DNA of 64,000 bases, from NCBI GenBank assembly GCA_964270895.1, contig OZ185444.1. One strand, written 5' to 3'. The position numbers and the translations under genes are program-made. This document shows positions 12,528-24,716 of this stretch, piece after piece (position 1 is the first letter of the stretch; each line of letters begins with the position of its first letter). The DNA is from Podarcis filfolensis. Taxonomy: Eukaryota. Below the pieces are notes generated by a model that worked only from the letters and a program-made list of their open reading frames with translations, was not told the DNA's origin and ran no database searches.

Positions 12528-13293
12528 CTGTGGAAAGAGAAATGTTATTAAGGAAGAGAACTGGATGAAGTTATTACAATGAACCTCTAGGTGGCCCAGT
12601 TGAGCTATAAGATTATTACGTCTCTGAAAAGGTTTGCACATTTACAAAAAGTCCTCACACTCACTGATTTCAAAGGGACTTAAACATGTTTAATGTAGCT
12701 GAAATGTACTCTGAATGCACATGGTTTAAGCAGTGGTCCATGGTATTTCTAGAAGTGCCTTATGCATATATTAAGGAGAGGATCTTCTCCCTGGTGCTTC
12801 TTGAAACATTGAAATGCCCTCCCAAGGAAGGCATACTGAGCACCAACACTGTATTATTTCTGGTGCAAAGGTTAGAATCTTTCTATATGCCAGGCATTTT
12901 AAATTATGACGCTTTGAGATGATTGAATAATTTTATTCCCCTTAGTTCCATCGCATTGTTGCTTAGGTTTCATGTTATATTTGTAGGTTTAAAATGCATA
13001 TGTATAGTGCCCCCTAATCTATTTTTTGTTATATGGTTTATGATTTTTTTAAACATAAAGTCAGCATAAATATGGTGCTTGCTCTCTTCTCCCCCCCAGA
13101 AGGCAGCAAGCATCTTGGTAAGAAAGAATAGGTTGGGGGAGGGGTCAGACTGAAACACAGCCAGGCAAGTGCAATGCTGTTAAGCTTCTAAAATGGGTGG
13201 CAGGAGACACAAGTAGATTGTGACTGAATGGGCAGACCGGACAGCCTTTTACCTCTGAGGGATTGCTAACACATACAAAAGGTGATTTATTTA

Positions 13294-13505
13294 CAGTGGT
13301 ACCTCGGATTAAGAACTTAATTTGTTCTGGAGGTCCATTCTTAACCTGAGGTACCACTTTAGCTAATGAGGCCTTCCGCTGCCACTGTGCTGGCGCCGCC
13401 GCACGATTTCTGTTCTCATCCTGAAGCAAAGTTCTTAACCCGAGGTACTATTTCTGGGTAAACGGAGTCTGTAACCTGAAGTGTCTGTAACCCAAGGTAC
13501 CACTG
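13294..13505. mobile_element. Tc1/mariner (Tigger/pogo-like) MITE
   Basis: TIRs CAGTGGTACCTCGG / CCAAGGTACCACTG, TA target duplication; second copy at 39850-40091. Confidence 0.88.
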
Positions 13506-15773
13506 TACTGCACTTATGATGCACCATTATTTCCATTGTGGATCTCATGATAGAAGCTTGGAGGGGACCTAGACCTGCTTAGCTTTTTTTGCAAGGTGGC
13601 TGCATCATGTGACCTCAGACCATCCTCTGAGAGTGAGCATGCTGTACTCCAGCCACCACCCCTTCAATAACTTCTCTGCCAGTCGGGGATGATTAACAGC
13701 AGCAGTCTGGCTGATCTTTCTGACTGCGTGTTCATGCAGATCTCTCACACAGAAGTGGTGATTATTCCCCAGTGGTTTTCTGAGTTTACAGTACAGTAAT
13801 TAGCACTGCTCTTCTTCAACCTCAAGCACTAACTATAAGTTTACGTTATAGACTTGGATTTTTTCACAATGACAACATGGGGGACAAAATTCCACACGGT
13901 AATTTCTAGGCAAACACAGCATTTTTGCAGAGTCATAAGCAGCAGTGAAAGAAATCTTGCTATTTATACAGCAGCTGAGAAAAAGCAAAGTAGTGGATAT
14001 TTTTCTGGCAAGCAGACAAGCCCTAGAGAAGGATGCGACAAATAATAATAGTTTATAGGATAAAGGTGAGGAAGGCCAAATGGATATGAATAAACAGGAG
14101 GAAGGGAAAGAAATGACTACACTCTTGAGTCAGAGGAAGGCCTTCTCATTTTGCTGTGTTTTGCTCCTGGAATTCAGTCTGTCAGGAATTAAGTTAAGCT
14201 AGGGCATTCCAGAGCTCAACTCGAGATCCTGCATGTGCAAGGTTTTTGATCTATGTTACCTGCTGCAGGAAGTGGGGATGAAAAGGTGATGTTTGTTTAT
14301 TTCTCCTTCTCACTTGTAGTCTCCTGTGCTCCAGAAAAGCTGTTCCAGAGGGTTAGTGGACCCTCCAGAAGACTATGGGAAATAGTGCTATGAGCTGCAG
14401 GGGAACTGGGGAATCTTCAAAAATTGCTTCTTCTGGAGAGTGCTTCTCCTGTATCTCATAAATGAAGGGGTCTTTTCCTTTGTGGAAGGAAAAGCTCTAA
14501 CCCAATATGTATAGAAGTGTTTTAGAGAAAGTATATTTTATGTAACAAGCTATATTATGTATAACAAATTGGTGTGCACATCCCTTTTCTACATCAGAGT
14601 AATTAGCACCCTTGACTATTCATTGAGTCCTATATTTGAGGATTCAGCTGAGGAGCTTCTTAACAGAAATGATGCTCAGAAGACCCGCAGAAGACAGGTT
14701 GTGAAATTAGTTTCTTCTTCATTTTGTTATACGGTCTTTCTCAAAGCCCAAGAGCAATAACGTCAAACCCAACATTTACAGCTCCTGACTTGCCAAAGCA
14801 CTTACACTACACAAGAAAAAGAAAATAGAGTGAGGAAGTCTGAATAATGTGGAATTCACTAACTCAGCGTAAATCATGTTCTCTGCATCTTTAGCAGTAA
14901 ACCTGATATTTCTGCTACACTCTGTTTTTGAACATGTTTGCTGTTTTCACACTCTTTTAGGGCCATTTTTGACCCTTTTCATGGCACTTTTGGGTTCGTG
15001 GCAACGCTAATGTGTATGGTCGCATGTAGTGACCATCAATTCAGGAAATTTCAATGCAACTTTTTGTGTAGATTCATAGTAAAGGGATTATATGTTCAGG
15101 TGAGACATATTAGAGGTCCACAGACGGCTGAAGTTCCCACACACTGGTAAGGAAACAGCAGAAAGGAGCCAAGGTGGGAAGGTGGGACTATGCAGAATCC
15201 ATAGACTACTGTCAACATCAAAGACCAAGGATTCTGTTACAGTGCCATCATATGCGTGTTTACACAGAAGTCCTGCCATGCTCTATAGGGAATATATCCT
15301 AATAAATGTTTTTATATTGCCTTATGGCAATAGGAAAAAAAAGGAAAGTCAATTTTACAAAGGAGTAGTAGAGTATGGATTTGTTTTTTTAACTATAGCT
15401 AAATCTATAACAACATGAACAAAATAAGAGAATATGCATGGATCAACACTTGGTATAAGAAAAATATTTATATTATATCAGTTTTCAGAGCTTCCCTTTC
15501 CCTTTTGAAATCAATACTGTTCTACCCTGAACAGCAGAACCAGAATGAACAGCTGTGGAAACATAGCATAACATCATAGCCCTGATGCTTATCACCATCA
15601 ACATTTATTCAGCAGAAGACGAAAAAGAATCAGCTGTGCTCTTCCTTTGCATTTTTATCCACTGCAGAAGAATTTCTCTGTACAATAATTTTTCCGCGCA
15701 TTTGAATTCAGGTAAAAATATTCTTAGTGAATTGAGCTTTGCTACCTGTAGAGCATTGACTTTTAGCTCTTAC

Positions 15774-15861
15774 CTGTCAAAAGCAGCCTGTACTGGGGAA
15801 TCCTCTGAACTGGCTTAAGCAAATAGTGCTTCAGTGCCAAGTTCGCACAGCGGGAGCTCAT
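15774..15861 (-). CDS. FGD6: FGD6 coding exon 8 (MSSRCANLALKHYLLKPVQRIPQYRLLLT, DH conserved region 3)
   Basis: LLKPVQRIPQYxLLL DH signature; acceptor ttttcag, donor CAG|gtaaga; 88 nt. Confidence 0.96.
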
Positions 15862-16039
15862 CTGAAAAAGAAAACACCCAGGATTTTGAAACTTAACATT
15901 CTTTTAAAACAACTTGCCTGAACCAGACCAAATAGTTTACTCTTGCTACTGTCTGCAAGCTGTATTGGTTTTTTCTTTCTTTTTTTAAAAAATGGGCTGT
16001 TATTCAATTGTGGTTTTGCCTTTGCAGAAATAAGTTTTG

Positions 16040-16590
16040 ATGAAGCCAGTGGCTCATCTAGTCCAGCAACTGGTATTCAGAAGCATATAGTGGAGGTAGA
16101 GCATAGTTATCTGGTAGCCACTGATAGCCCTATCCTCCAGGAATTTGTCTAATCCTCTTTTAAAGCCATCTAATTGGTGGACATCACTGCCTCTTATGGG
16201 AGTTAATTCCATGGTTTAATGATGCGTTTGTGAATCACAGAATCATAGAATTGTAGAGTTGGAAGGGGCAACGTTAAGTATTTCCTTTTGACTGTACTGA
16301 ATCTTCCAGCATTTAAGTTTCATTAGATGTCCCCGAGTTCTAGTATTAAGAGCAGGGCTGAATTAGCCATTAAATGAAACAATATTCTGAATTAGATCTA
16401 TATGGGGGCACCAAAATCTTTTAAGTGCTTAGGGTCTCCAAAGGTCTTACTCTGGGGCCCTGATTATGAGGGATAAAAATGTTTCTCTACGCAGTTTCTC
16501 AATACCATGCATACTTTTACACACTTCAATCATGTCCCCTTTTATTTGCCTTTTCTCTAAACTAAAAAGCCCCAAATGATCACCCTACAA
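16040..16590 (-). mobile_element. CR1-type LINE 3' fragment interrupted by nested insertions
   Basis: Same family as 4185-4760; contains a short CR1 3' tail (about 16235-16275) and a hAT MITE (16353-16462). Confidence 0.7.
16353..16462. mobile_element. 110-bp hAT-like MITE nested in CR1
   Basis: Ends cagggc / gccctg; flanks attaagag / attatgag (7 of 8 TSD match). Confidence 0.7.
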
Positions 16591-17836
16591 GCAACCAATA
16601 GAAGACTTTAGGCTGGCTCACATTTATACAGATGTAGAATTTAGCCAACATGTCAGCATGCTATGACACCAACAGCTTCACCATTCTGATCATTTCCTCC
16701 ACACCCCCATATGAGCAAAGTATAATTGTGGCTACTTTAGCGCCACATACAAAGCAGACAGGCAGCAGCAAAGTGTGATAGAAAATAAGGATTTTCTGAC
16801 TTTACAAATCTGAGGACTAATTTAGATGAACGCATGGTGCCTCAGATCAACATATGGTATAGACTCAACAAGCAATAACTAAGGAAACATGGCAGCACGT
16901 TGCTTTGGATTTGCATTTTGGCAGAAGACTGAATCTCAAATGGAAAGAGACTCAGCCAAGAGGCTTGACCGGCTTCTAACATTCCATTCAGTTCAAATGG
17001 CCTGAAAAAGTCATTTATTGCGGACAGAAGACTTGTACAGGGCTGATGAGAGCCTCACTAACAGAGAAAATATTACTTCCTTTCTTGTTTACATTTATTT
17101 TCTTAACCTCAGTTATACATTTCACTGGATGAAAGAACAGACAAAGAATGCTGCTGCCAAATTGCATCTGATGCGAACCTCCTTGCTAGCTGTAAGTCCA
17201 CAGTCATCAAACTTCATAAAATAAAATATATATCAGTTTTGATTGTTGCTTTCCATATCAGGTTCTGCCAATTCATTAAATGTATAGGTTTTATAAATTT
17301 GTCAACAGAACTAGATACATTTTGTAAACTACAATATGGCAAACAAAATCTTTTGATCACAAAGAGATTCCAAAACACTCTTCATGATATTGTATCTTTG
17401 AAGAATCAGTGCTTTTAAGAATGAATGTTTCAGTTAGAATTCTGACTTGGGTGTTTTAAATTTCCAGTCGTTTGCTCTGCTGTACTTCCCTTGCAGAACT
17501 TTGGTTATACAGTAATCGTAAAGAGAATGTTTACTTATTTCCAGTTACATATTATGCCCAAATACGATGTACATGTGTTGCTTACCAGATGTTATTCTTA
17601 TCGCTTGCTTCTTGATCCTTTAAAAAAGATCCAAGCTACTATGGGGGATGTGTAGAATCTCTGCTCACATGCATTTTAAAAAGGGACCAAAAGTGAAAAA
17701 AATATGTACACTATATCCGACAAGAGACATGTGCGTGCATTTTGTATTCTGGCATTGTACAAACCAGGCCTTAGAAAAAACTAAAGTCAAAAGATGGAAT
17801 GTATCATCTGACACCATTGATAAAAGGTTCCATTAC

Positions 17837-17993
17837 CTCAAAGTCTCGAACAACAGCAGCAAACCCAGGGTTCTTCTTGCATTGCTCATCTAGGAGAGCT
17901 ACATTCCTATCAAATTCTTTGATGTACGTTGAATACATCTTTAGGTATGGTCCTTTTTTCAAAAATATATCAGCAATTCGCTGGTGGTCAATC
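17837..17993 (-). CDS. FGD6: FGD6 coding exon 7 (IDHQRIADIFLKKGPYLKMYSTYIKEFDRNVALLDEQCKKNPGFAAVVRDFE)
   Basis: Overlaps ORF-track 17804..18016; DH domain; acceptor attctag, donor GAG|gtaatg; 157 nt. Confidence 0.96.
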
Positions 17994-19098
17994 CTAGAAT
18001 TTAACACCATGGACAATTAGAACTTAAACCTGAAGAATGCATGACGGAGGGGGCATATTTCTCCCTCTTTCTATTCCTTCTACACAAGGACCTCAACCTC
18101 CATCCTGGGAAAACAGTGCCCACCCCCAGGCCTCCTCTGCGACCCCCTGCTCAGTCCCTTTCATGTGTTAAGAATGAAAGTGTTTGCAATTTAACCACAT
18201 GTTCCAGAGGACTGCTATTGAAACGGGCATCTAAATCAGAAGGGGGCAGCTAGTAGCCTTTGAGCTAAACCTGGCCATTGGACAAGCCTCACTTCTTCAT
18301 ATATACCCTTCAAGGTAAAAAGAGGGGCCCTTGTAAGCCTAGTCAAGATTTATCTGACTTGGCTTCATAAGAACAAAAGGTATGACAAAAATTCAGATTT
18401 TCTTCCATCTCCTTTTCCATCCTAGCAGAACTCAGGCCCTAACAAAACACGATGCTATTAATGTTGCTTGGCCTTGAGAGAAAGAGAGTTTTCACATATA
18501 GACATTTGGGGTAGGTGGAGCTTTAACCCTTTCTGCCACAGCCCTGGTCCAGATGTGGGGGGATGCCTGCTATTCAAAGTGGGAGGAAAGCACCCATTGG
18601 TACCAATGGCTGCTATTTTCCCACTGCAATTAGCAGCCAAATGGCAGCAGGAGGCTTGACTAGGAGTATGGTGGAACAAATAGTTAAAGCCTTCCTCCTC
18701 CCATGTCATAGTCCTGACCTGGCTCAGCCCCAATCACCCAAATAGCCTATGGCAAAAATAGCAAACACAGCCAAGCAGGGTCAAATGACATTTAAAAAAG
18801 GCTCATTTAGTCAGGAGTGATTTGGTCATAGAAAGTAAAGATGAAGAGGGAAAGGAACTTAGTACCTTTGACCCCAATAGCCAATCTAGCTGCAAACTAC
18901 TAATATATGTGAGTACATAAACACACACACACACACGCATCCAGGGAAAATCTCAGTTCAAAAATAGCTGCATTGCAACATCATATATTCGTAATTCAAC
19001 TTTGTGGTCTAAAAACAGCACACAATACTAGAAGCCTGAATATCCCAATATTCTAACCAATAAGTAAGCAGGAATCTATGCTCTGAATATGTAGTTAC

Positions 19099-19250
19099 CA
19101 GTGGGACAGCCGCTCTTCAAGTTCTCTCAAGAGGTCCCGATTAAGCTCATACAGCTGAGGTAGGTAGTACAAGATCTGGTTCAGGATCCTGTCTTCAATG
19201 ACTGGCTTTCCAAGTTGCCTGGAAGCATGTGCTACTGAATCCCGGAAATC
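19099..19250 (-). CDS. FGD6: FGD6 coding exon 6 (DFRDSVAHASRQLGKPVIEDRILNQILYYLPQLYELNRDLLRELEERLSHW)
   Basis: DH domain; acceptor ctaacag, donor CTG|gtaact; 152 nt. Confidence 0.96.
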
Positions 19251-22200
19251 CTGTTAGGGTACAAACACAGGCACACAAAGAGCCTCTGAAAATCTGGTCT
19301 CCAAGCAACTAATATAGGTCACACTATTTCCCTTGTATACATGCAGAAGGCCCATTTGGCCACATTCCCCAGGACCAGATATGCAGTCCAAGGTCAGACA
19401 CTCTCACTTCTGTGCTTTGGAAAAGAAGGGAAGTTCAGGCACAGCTGATCCTATGCTTAATCTTACTGGAGAAAATAGGTACAACTTCTGGAGAAAATTT
19501 GCCTGGAAAATATCATACTTAGCCACAATCCATTTCTTTTTCTGATCTAATAGAATGGAAAGCTGTTTGACTGTATTTTGTCAAAGGTGCTGAAAGTTCT
19601 TAGGAGACCCTTATTCTCCTCAAACAGCTACAATTCCCAGAGTTCCCCAGGAAGTGGAATGGATTGTTAAGTCACTAGCAATTGTGTCTGTCTGAGGGGA
19701 ATGGGTGTCTCCTGACAACGCTGAACTCCTTAAATTATAGCTTCCAGGACACTTTATGGGAAGCAGAAGACATTACAGTTTGAAGTGGCTGCATATGGAG
19801 CCAAATACTCAAAAAAGGTGCTCTTTTCTGAATTTCTCTGTCTTTTATTTTGTGGAGTAAGGGGAAGATCAAACACCCCATCTCCTTACATACTTAACCC
19901 ACCCACTGAGCGGGTTCAGTTCATCTTTGCCAGCCAAGCAATACTTTATGTAAACAGTGCAATAAGGAGAAATGTACAAATCTAAACAAGGCAAAGCAAT
20001 TATGTAAATGCACGCACAGCTGTTTTGCAACATGTGTGGGGGTGGGTGAACACTGGTCAGCACTTTCCTTTCCTTACAACCCCTATTAAGATTAGAGGAC
20101 TTGAAGCAGAAAGGAACAGAGGTACGGTTTGGTATTGGAGACTCAGCTGCACAAGGTTTCAGTGGAAACAGATGGCCTCATTCATATGGAAATGCTGTGT
20201 TTTTGTATGTTGTAAGCCAACTGGCGACACAAAACTTAACTAGCCTTTTTACATCCTGGGGGTGACCTTCAAACACTGCCTTCACACAGAGAAATAAGCT
20301 GAGGAATTACTATAGCTAATCGAACCCAGATGGAACACAGGAGCTCCAGAGAACTTTAAGCAAAGCGTAAGATGCATAACATTTAACAGGGAACACTTTT
20401 AAAAACATAAGAGGAAAAATATGCTGGGAATGTGTGTACTCTTAACTTGCACAAGCCAGACCTATGTTGCGACCCAATCCTGAATGCATTTATTCATGAA
20501 TCTAGGACAGTCAAAGGCTAATAATTGTGAGGTCTAGCTCGTTTTGGCTTAAGACTTGCAACTAATTATTCCTTCTCCCTATTGATCTGATACATTCCGC
20601 CCGCAAAAGAAAACAAGAACAGATGTATGCTTCATGCTATGTGGAAAAGCAAAACGTTCTGCCTGAGCAACTGCAGGTCCAGTGATCCAAAACTCTTGAG
20701 CCTAGTGCAGCACATAATGCGATCTTTCTCTCACAAAAGGATGGAGTAAAACTATCTTGTAATAGGAGCAGGCAAGGCAGAAAATTCAATTGTTTGTGCT
20801 GTACCAGAAACGAGAAAATTATTCATCACGTTTCTGAAGCGCATACTGCAGCTTACTGTCTTTCTTAACAGAGAGGTCTGGTGCCTTTTAGAGCTGCAAG
20901 ACAGGCAGCAAATCAACAGATACAGATTACCCCACCATTGCATTGCCTTGCTGAGGAAAGCCACACACTGAATTTTTCTCAGCTTTTACAAGCAGCTGCT
21001 TACAAAGTAACCAAGCAAAATTCGTTACAGGCGTCCAGCAGTGCAACACTTTGCACTGAAGACGTTTCCCTCTTCATTCTTAATATAAAAAGTACATCTG
21101 TCCATCTTCAGAAGCCACTGCCTAGTCACTTCAGGTTCTAACATGTATATGCAGATTCTAACATGCCCATGTGGCTCCTAGGTGAGTCCCAGGAAAGGCT
21201 CAATTACTCTATTAAATTTTAATGGGTTACAGGTGCTGCAGTCTTGAATTACAGACTAGTAAGGTACAGTTTCATATACTGCCAATTTAAAGCAAAAAAC
21301 CCCAACAACTTCTGCATCATCTTGCAAGAAATGTTGGAGCAGTGGTGTAATCGAATACTGCCTTTCATCTTTTTTTAAATTAAAAAAACTTACTACTATA
21401 TATAAATTGCATTTCATTATGCCTGATGTCATGTAATCCACATAGATACACATCCTAGAACCTTAAAGTCCTTTTGTCACACTTCCCAGCTACTGGCCAA
21501 CTAGAAGAGCTAGCAGAAAGTGATTTGCAAAGGAATCTTTTGTTAACTGGGACTGTGAGGTTATAAGCCCAGTACATTTACCAAAGAGAAATCCTGGTGA
21601 AGTCAATGTCTCAGCTGACATGAAAGATCCATACGCACCTATGCTTCTTCCTCCCATTTTGAACATTGCTTTAATCAGTTGCTTTCCTTTACATCTGAAT
21701 CATCAAACTATACTTTGCTCCTACTGAGAATTAAAAAAGCTGCACCAGACTCCACAATCCCCAATTACTCCTAAAATTAAGAAGAAAAAACTGGCTGTGG
21801 GGATCTTTGCTTTTCATCTGGAGAGATTCAAACAGCTCTTCTTTACTTAATGGAAGACTCACTGCGAAATTTAAAAAGCCCTGACCTAGCAAGCAATCCT
21901 CAGCCTCTGAACTTTGATTGCCCAAGAATCAGCGAAACCTGAACCGTCAGGTTCAAACCTGGCTGCCTAGTAAGTCAGGCTCACATATTTCTTGTAATTC
22001 TTGAAAACAATCTGTAGAAAAACTCTATTCCTTTAATGCCTAGCTAAGTATTAACACACCCTAAAAGTATTACTTTTCAGTATTTCCTTCAGTTTGGATG
22101 TTCTTCAATGTATACACGAACAAGCCTACACAAGGTGATGCAGGTAAAATGACAGCAAGATAGGGCTGTGACAACCTGTTTCACTGGTGTATGGCAACAG

Positions 22201-22844
22201 GAAGCAATAAATCTGAACTCAGCATTAAAAGGGTGAGTCTGCCCTTGTCCCCCTCAGTTACATGAACTGTGTCATGAAGCCTCATGGCAGGGTTCACAGA
22301 GCTGGTAAGAGTGTGCTATTTTCTTTCCCAGCACAAAAGACTACTTGGCAACTCAAAAGCTACCATAAACAAATTAAACCTGTGTTAATATATTCTTTAG
22401 TGTGCAAAAGTTCACCTGTGCGCACACAAACAAGAGCATTCAGAGGTCAGAAGCAAAAACAAATCACAAAAGAGCACCCTCCTCCTGCTCTACTGCATTT
22501 CTGACCAAACTGGGAATGCACCAGGATTTCTGACAGCTAGACCTTCCACCTTTCCATCCGCAGGCCTAGAAATATTCTTGTACCCGTTCTAAGCACGTTT
22601 GTAACATTCAAACTTCCTGCAGCACTTCAACAGAAAAATTAATGCACCTCAAACATTCTATTCCTTCTATTCATTAGGAAGCATTCCAGGAGTTTGGAGC
22701 TGATATTTAATTGCTGTTTCATTAGGCTATTTTTAAAAAAAGAATGAACATTTAAGAAACTCAGTTGAATACATTTTCTGAAAAGAACTTCATAAATAAT
22801 TAACTTTGAAGCAAACATGCTTATGAAGTGAAATAAATACTTAC

Positions 22845-22875
22845 AATGTGCAAAAGCTTCAGAACATCTACAAAC
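22845..22875 (-). CDS. FGD6: FGD6 coding exon 5, 31-nt small exon (FVDVLKLLHI)
   Basis: Completes KVFVDVLKLLHI; acceptor gtattag, donor ATT|gtaagt; only 98 nt of intron separate it from exon 4. Confidence 0.94.
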
Positions 22876-22973
22876 CTAATACAAAAACAAGAACAGTAAA
22901 TATTATCTCAACCGCAAAGGAAAAACATACATACTTCCATGCATAAATTATTAAATTTTACACCAATACTTAC

Positions 22974-23041
22974 ACTTTCTCTGAGCTCATTATTTCTTTA
23001 GCAATATGATAAACTTTTGTTTTCTTCCCAGCTGCTTTAAT
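22974..23041 (-). CDS. FGD6: FGD6 coding exon 4 (IKAAGKKTKVYHIAKEIMSSEKV, start of DH domain)
   Basis: DH helix 1 motif HIAKEIMSSE; acceptor tttgcag, donor AGT|gtaagt; 68 nt. Confidence 0.95.
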
Positions 23042-23168
23042 CTGCAAATAAAATTAAACTTTGTAGAATGCAGACAGGCTATTTTAAAAACAATGCAACA
23101 GCCCTAAATCTTAGTTTCTTTCTGCTACAACTTTATTGGCCTATTGCTCTGTACTCTGTATTCAAGTA

Positions 23169-23242
23169 AAAAAAAAGGTAAAGGACCTCTGGACAGTTAA
23201 GTCCAATCAAATTTGACTAGGGGGGTGACACTCATCTCCACT
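23169..23242 (-). mobile_element. 5'-truncated Sauria SINE
   Basis: aaaaggtaaaggacctctggacagttaagtcca is the characteristic antisense 3' end; flanked by an 8-bp direct repeat TTCAAGTA. Confidence 0.75.
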
Positions 23243-24556
23243 TTCAAGTATTCAGGGTACAAGTGAATTCATGTTTAGGTGCCATAAAAAATGTTAACGT
23301 TCAGTTAATTGCTAGTTGCCTCCACTACTACCTACTTAGGAGTCTGTCTTAAAAATGGCACCTCTTATCTGTTGAAAGAAATTGGAGTCAGGATGATGTT
23401 ACTGAGCGTAACTGGAAACTGAAAGTTCTCCAATTATGGTCTAATAATGAGAACACGCAGCCTCTGGTTTTAAAAAAGTTGATTGTCTTCACTTTCAAAC
23501 AGTTTTTAATCAGAGTTTGGCAAGGCTAAGAAATATATATTTGTTTGGCTAACAATTTATACATGCTTTTAATTTTCTCTGCAGCTGCACAACGTTTTGC
23601 AACGGTCAAGGAAGGAAGGAAATTTAATCCTCAACTGCAAGATTCAATGTTTGGTAGGCAAGCTCGAGAAAGAAGATGATATTTGCCAATTAAGTCTTAA
23701 GCTCCATGTATACTAATACATGTCCTGTGAAACACAAGAAGCTTTCCAATGAAGATGGAATTGTTCAGTATGACTTTCCAGGGATGTTCCATGCACATCA
23801 TTAGATTTTTAACTATATCTGTGCCTCATAAAGTTCTGGCAACAGGCATTCCTAATAGCAACAGGCAAGTGCAGTAATTTGAGTAAACTTTGGAGGCTGA
23901 GTTGGACTGGGTCCAAGGATGGATGGAGACAAAAAACAAAACATCCTTCTAATGGAAAAGTGTTATTTTGCCCAGTCAATACTGTGATGATTTTACTCCT
24001 ACCAATTCCATTCAATGTTTTAACTTTAATTATTATAATGTTATTATTGTTTGCTTCCTACTGTACTTTTCTTATTGCTCTGAGCTGAGGATACAGGGGA
24101 ACCACCACTTACGCGAGAGTTCTGTTCCTGGCCGCTGCTCACATCCCCAGAATGTGTGCAAGTGGGGATTCCCCATTGTGCCTCACCCTCTTTTGGTCCT
24201 GAAAATGGTGCATTTTCTGCGCTGTTACATGAGTGACAAATTGCCTGTATTTATACTAAGAGGTCGTACAGAAATGGAGGAAGTAAATTAACATTAGAAT
24301 GCCAGAGGAACACATTTGCTTTGATCCTAATTAATGTGCCACTGGTAGAAGTTCTAACAGGCCACTCCCACCAGTGTTTTCACCATGCCTCAAAAATCTA
24401 TTCTGGAGGGTTGGAGCATTGGTTGAGAGGAAGTGACTGAGAAAGGGGAGAATGGTGAAAAATGTTGCTCTGCTCCTATACGCCAGTAGTAGTTCACAGA
24501 GGATCCAAATTCTCTCCATTTAGAAAGTTAGCTAAGCTCCAAGTCACAATATCTAC

Positions 24557-24716
24557 CTGCTTATTTTCCTGTGTATCAGGCTCTCCTTTGCTAGAGTCTG
24601 AATTTGTGTCATCATCGTCATCATCAGAGCTGTCAACATCTCTCTGTAGCATCTCATCATCTGAATGTTCATCTTCCAACACCAAATCAGAGCCATCAAG
24701 TACTTCTACTGAGGAC
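24557..24716 (-). CDS. FGD6: FGD6 coding exon 3 (acidic linker: SSVEVLDGSDLVLEDEHSDDEMLQRDVDSSDDDDDDTNSDSSKGEPDTQENKQ)
   Basis: SSD..SSKGEPD motif as in FGD6; acceptor ttcatag, donor CAG|gtagat; 160 nt, phase 2-0. Confidence 0.93.

Noticed and set aside
21731-21925. ORF beginning MGNQSS, resembling a myristoylated N-terminus
   Set aside because: The start codon is TTG, not ATG, and I found no suitable splice donor linking it to FGD6.
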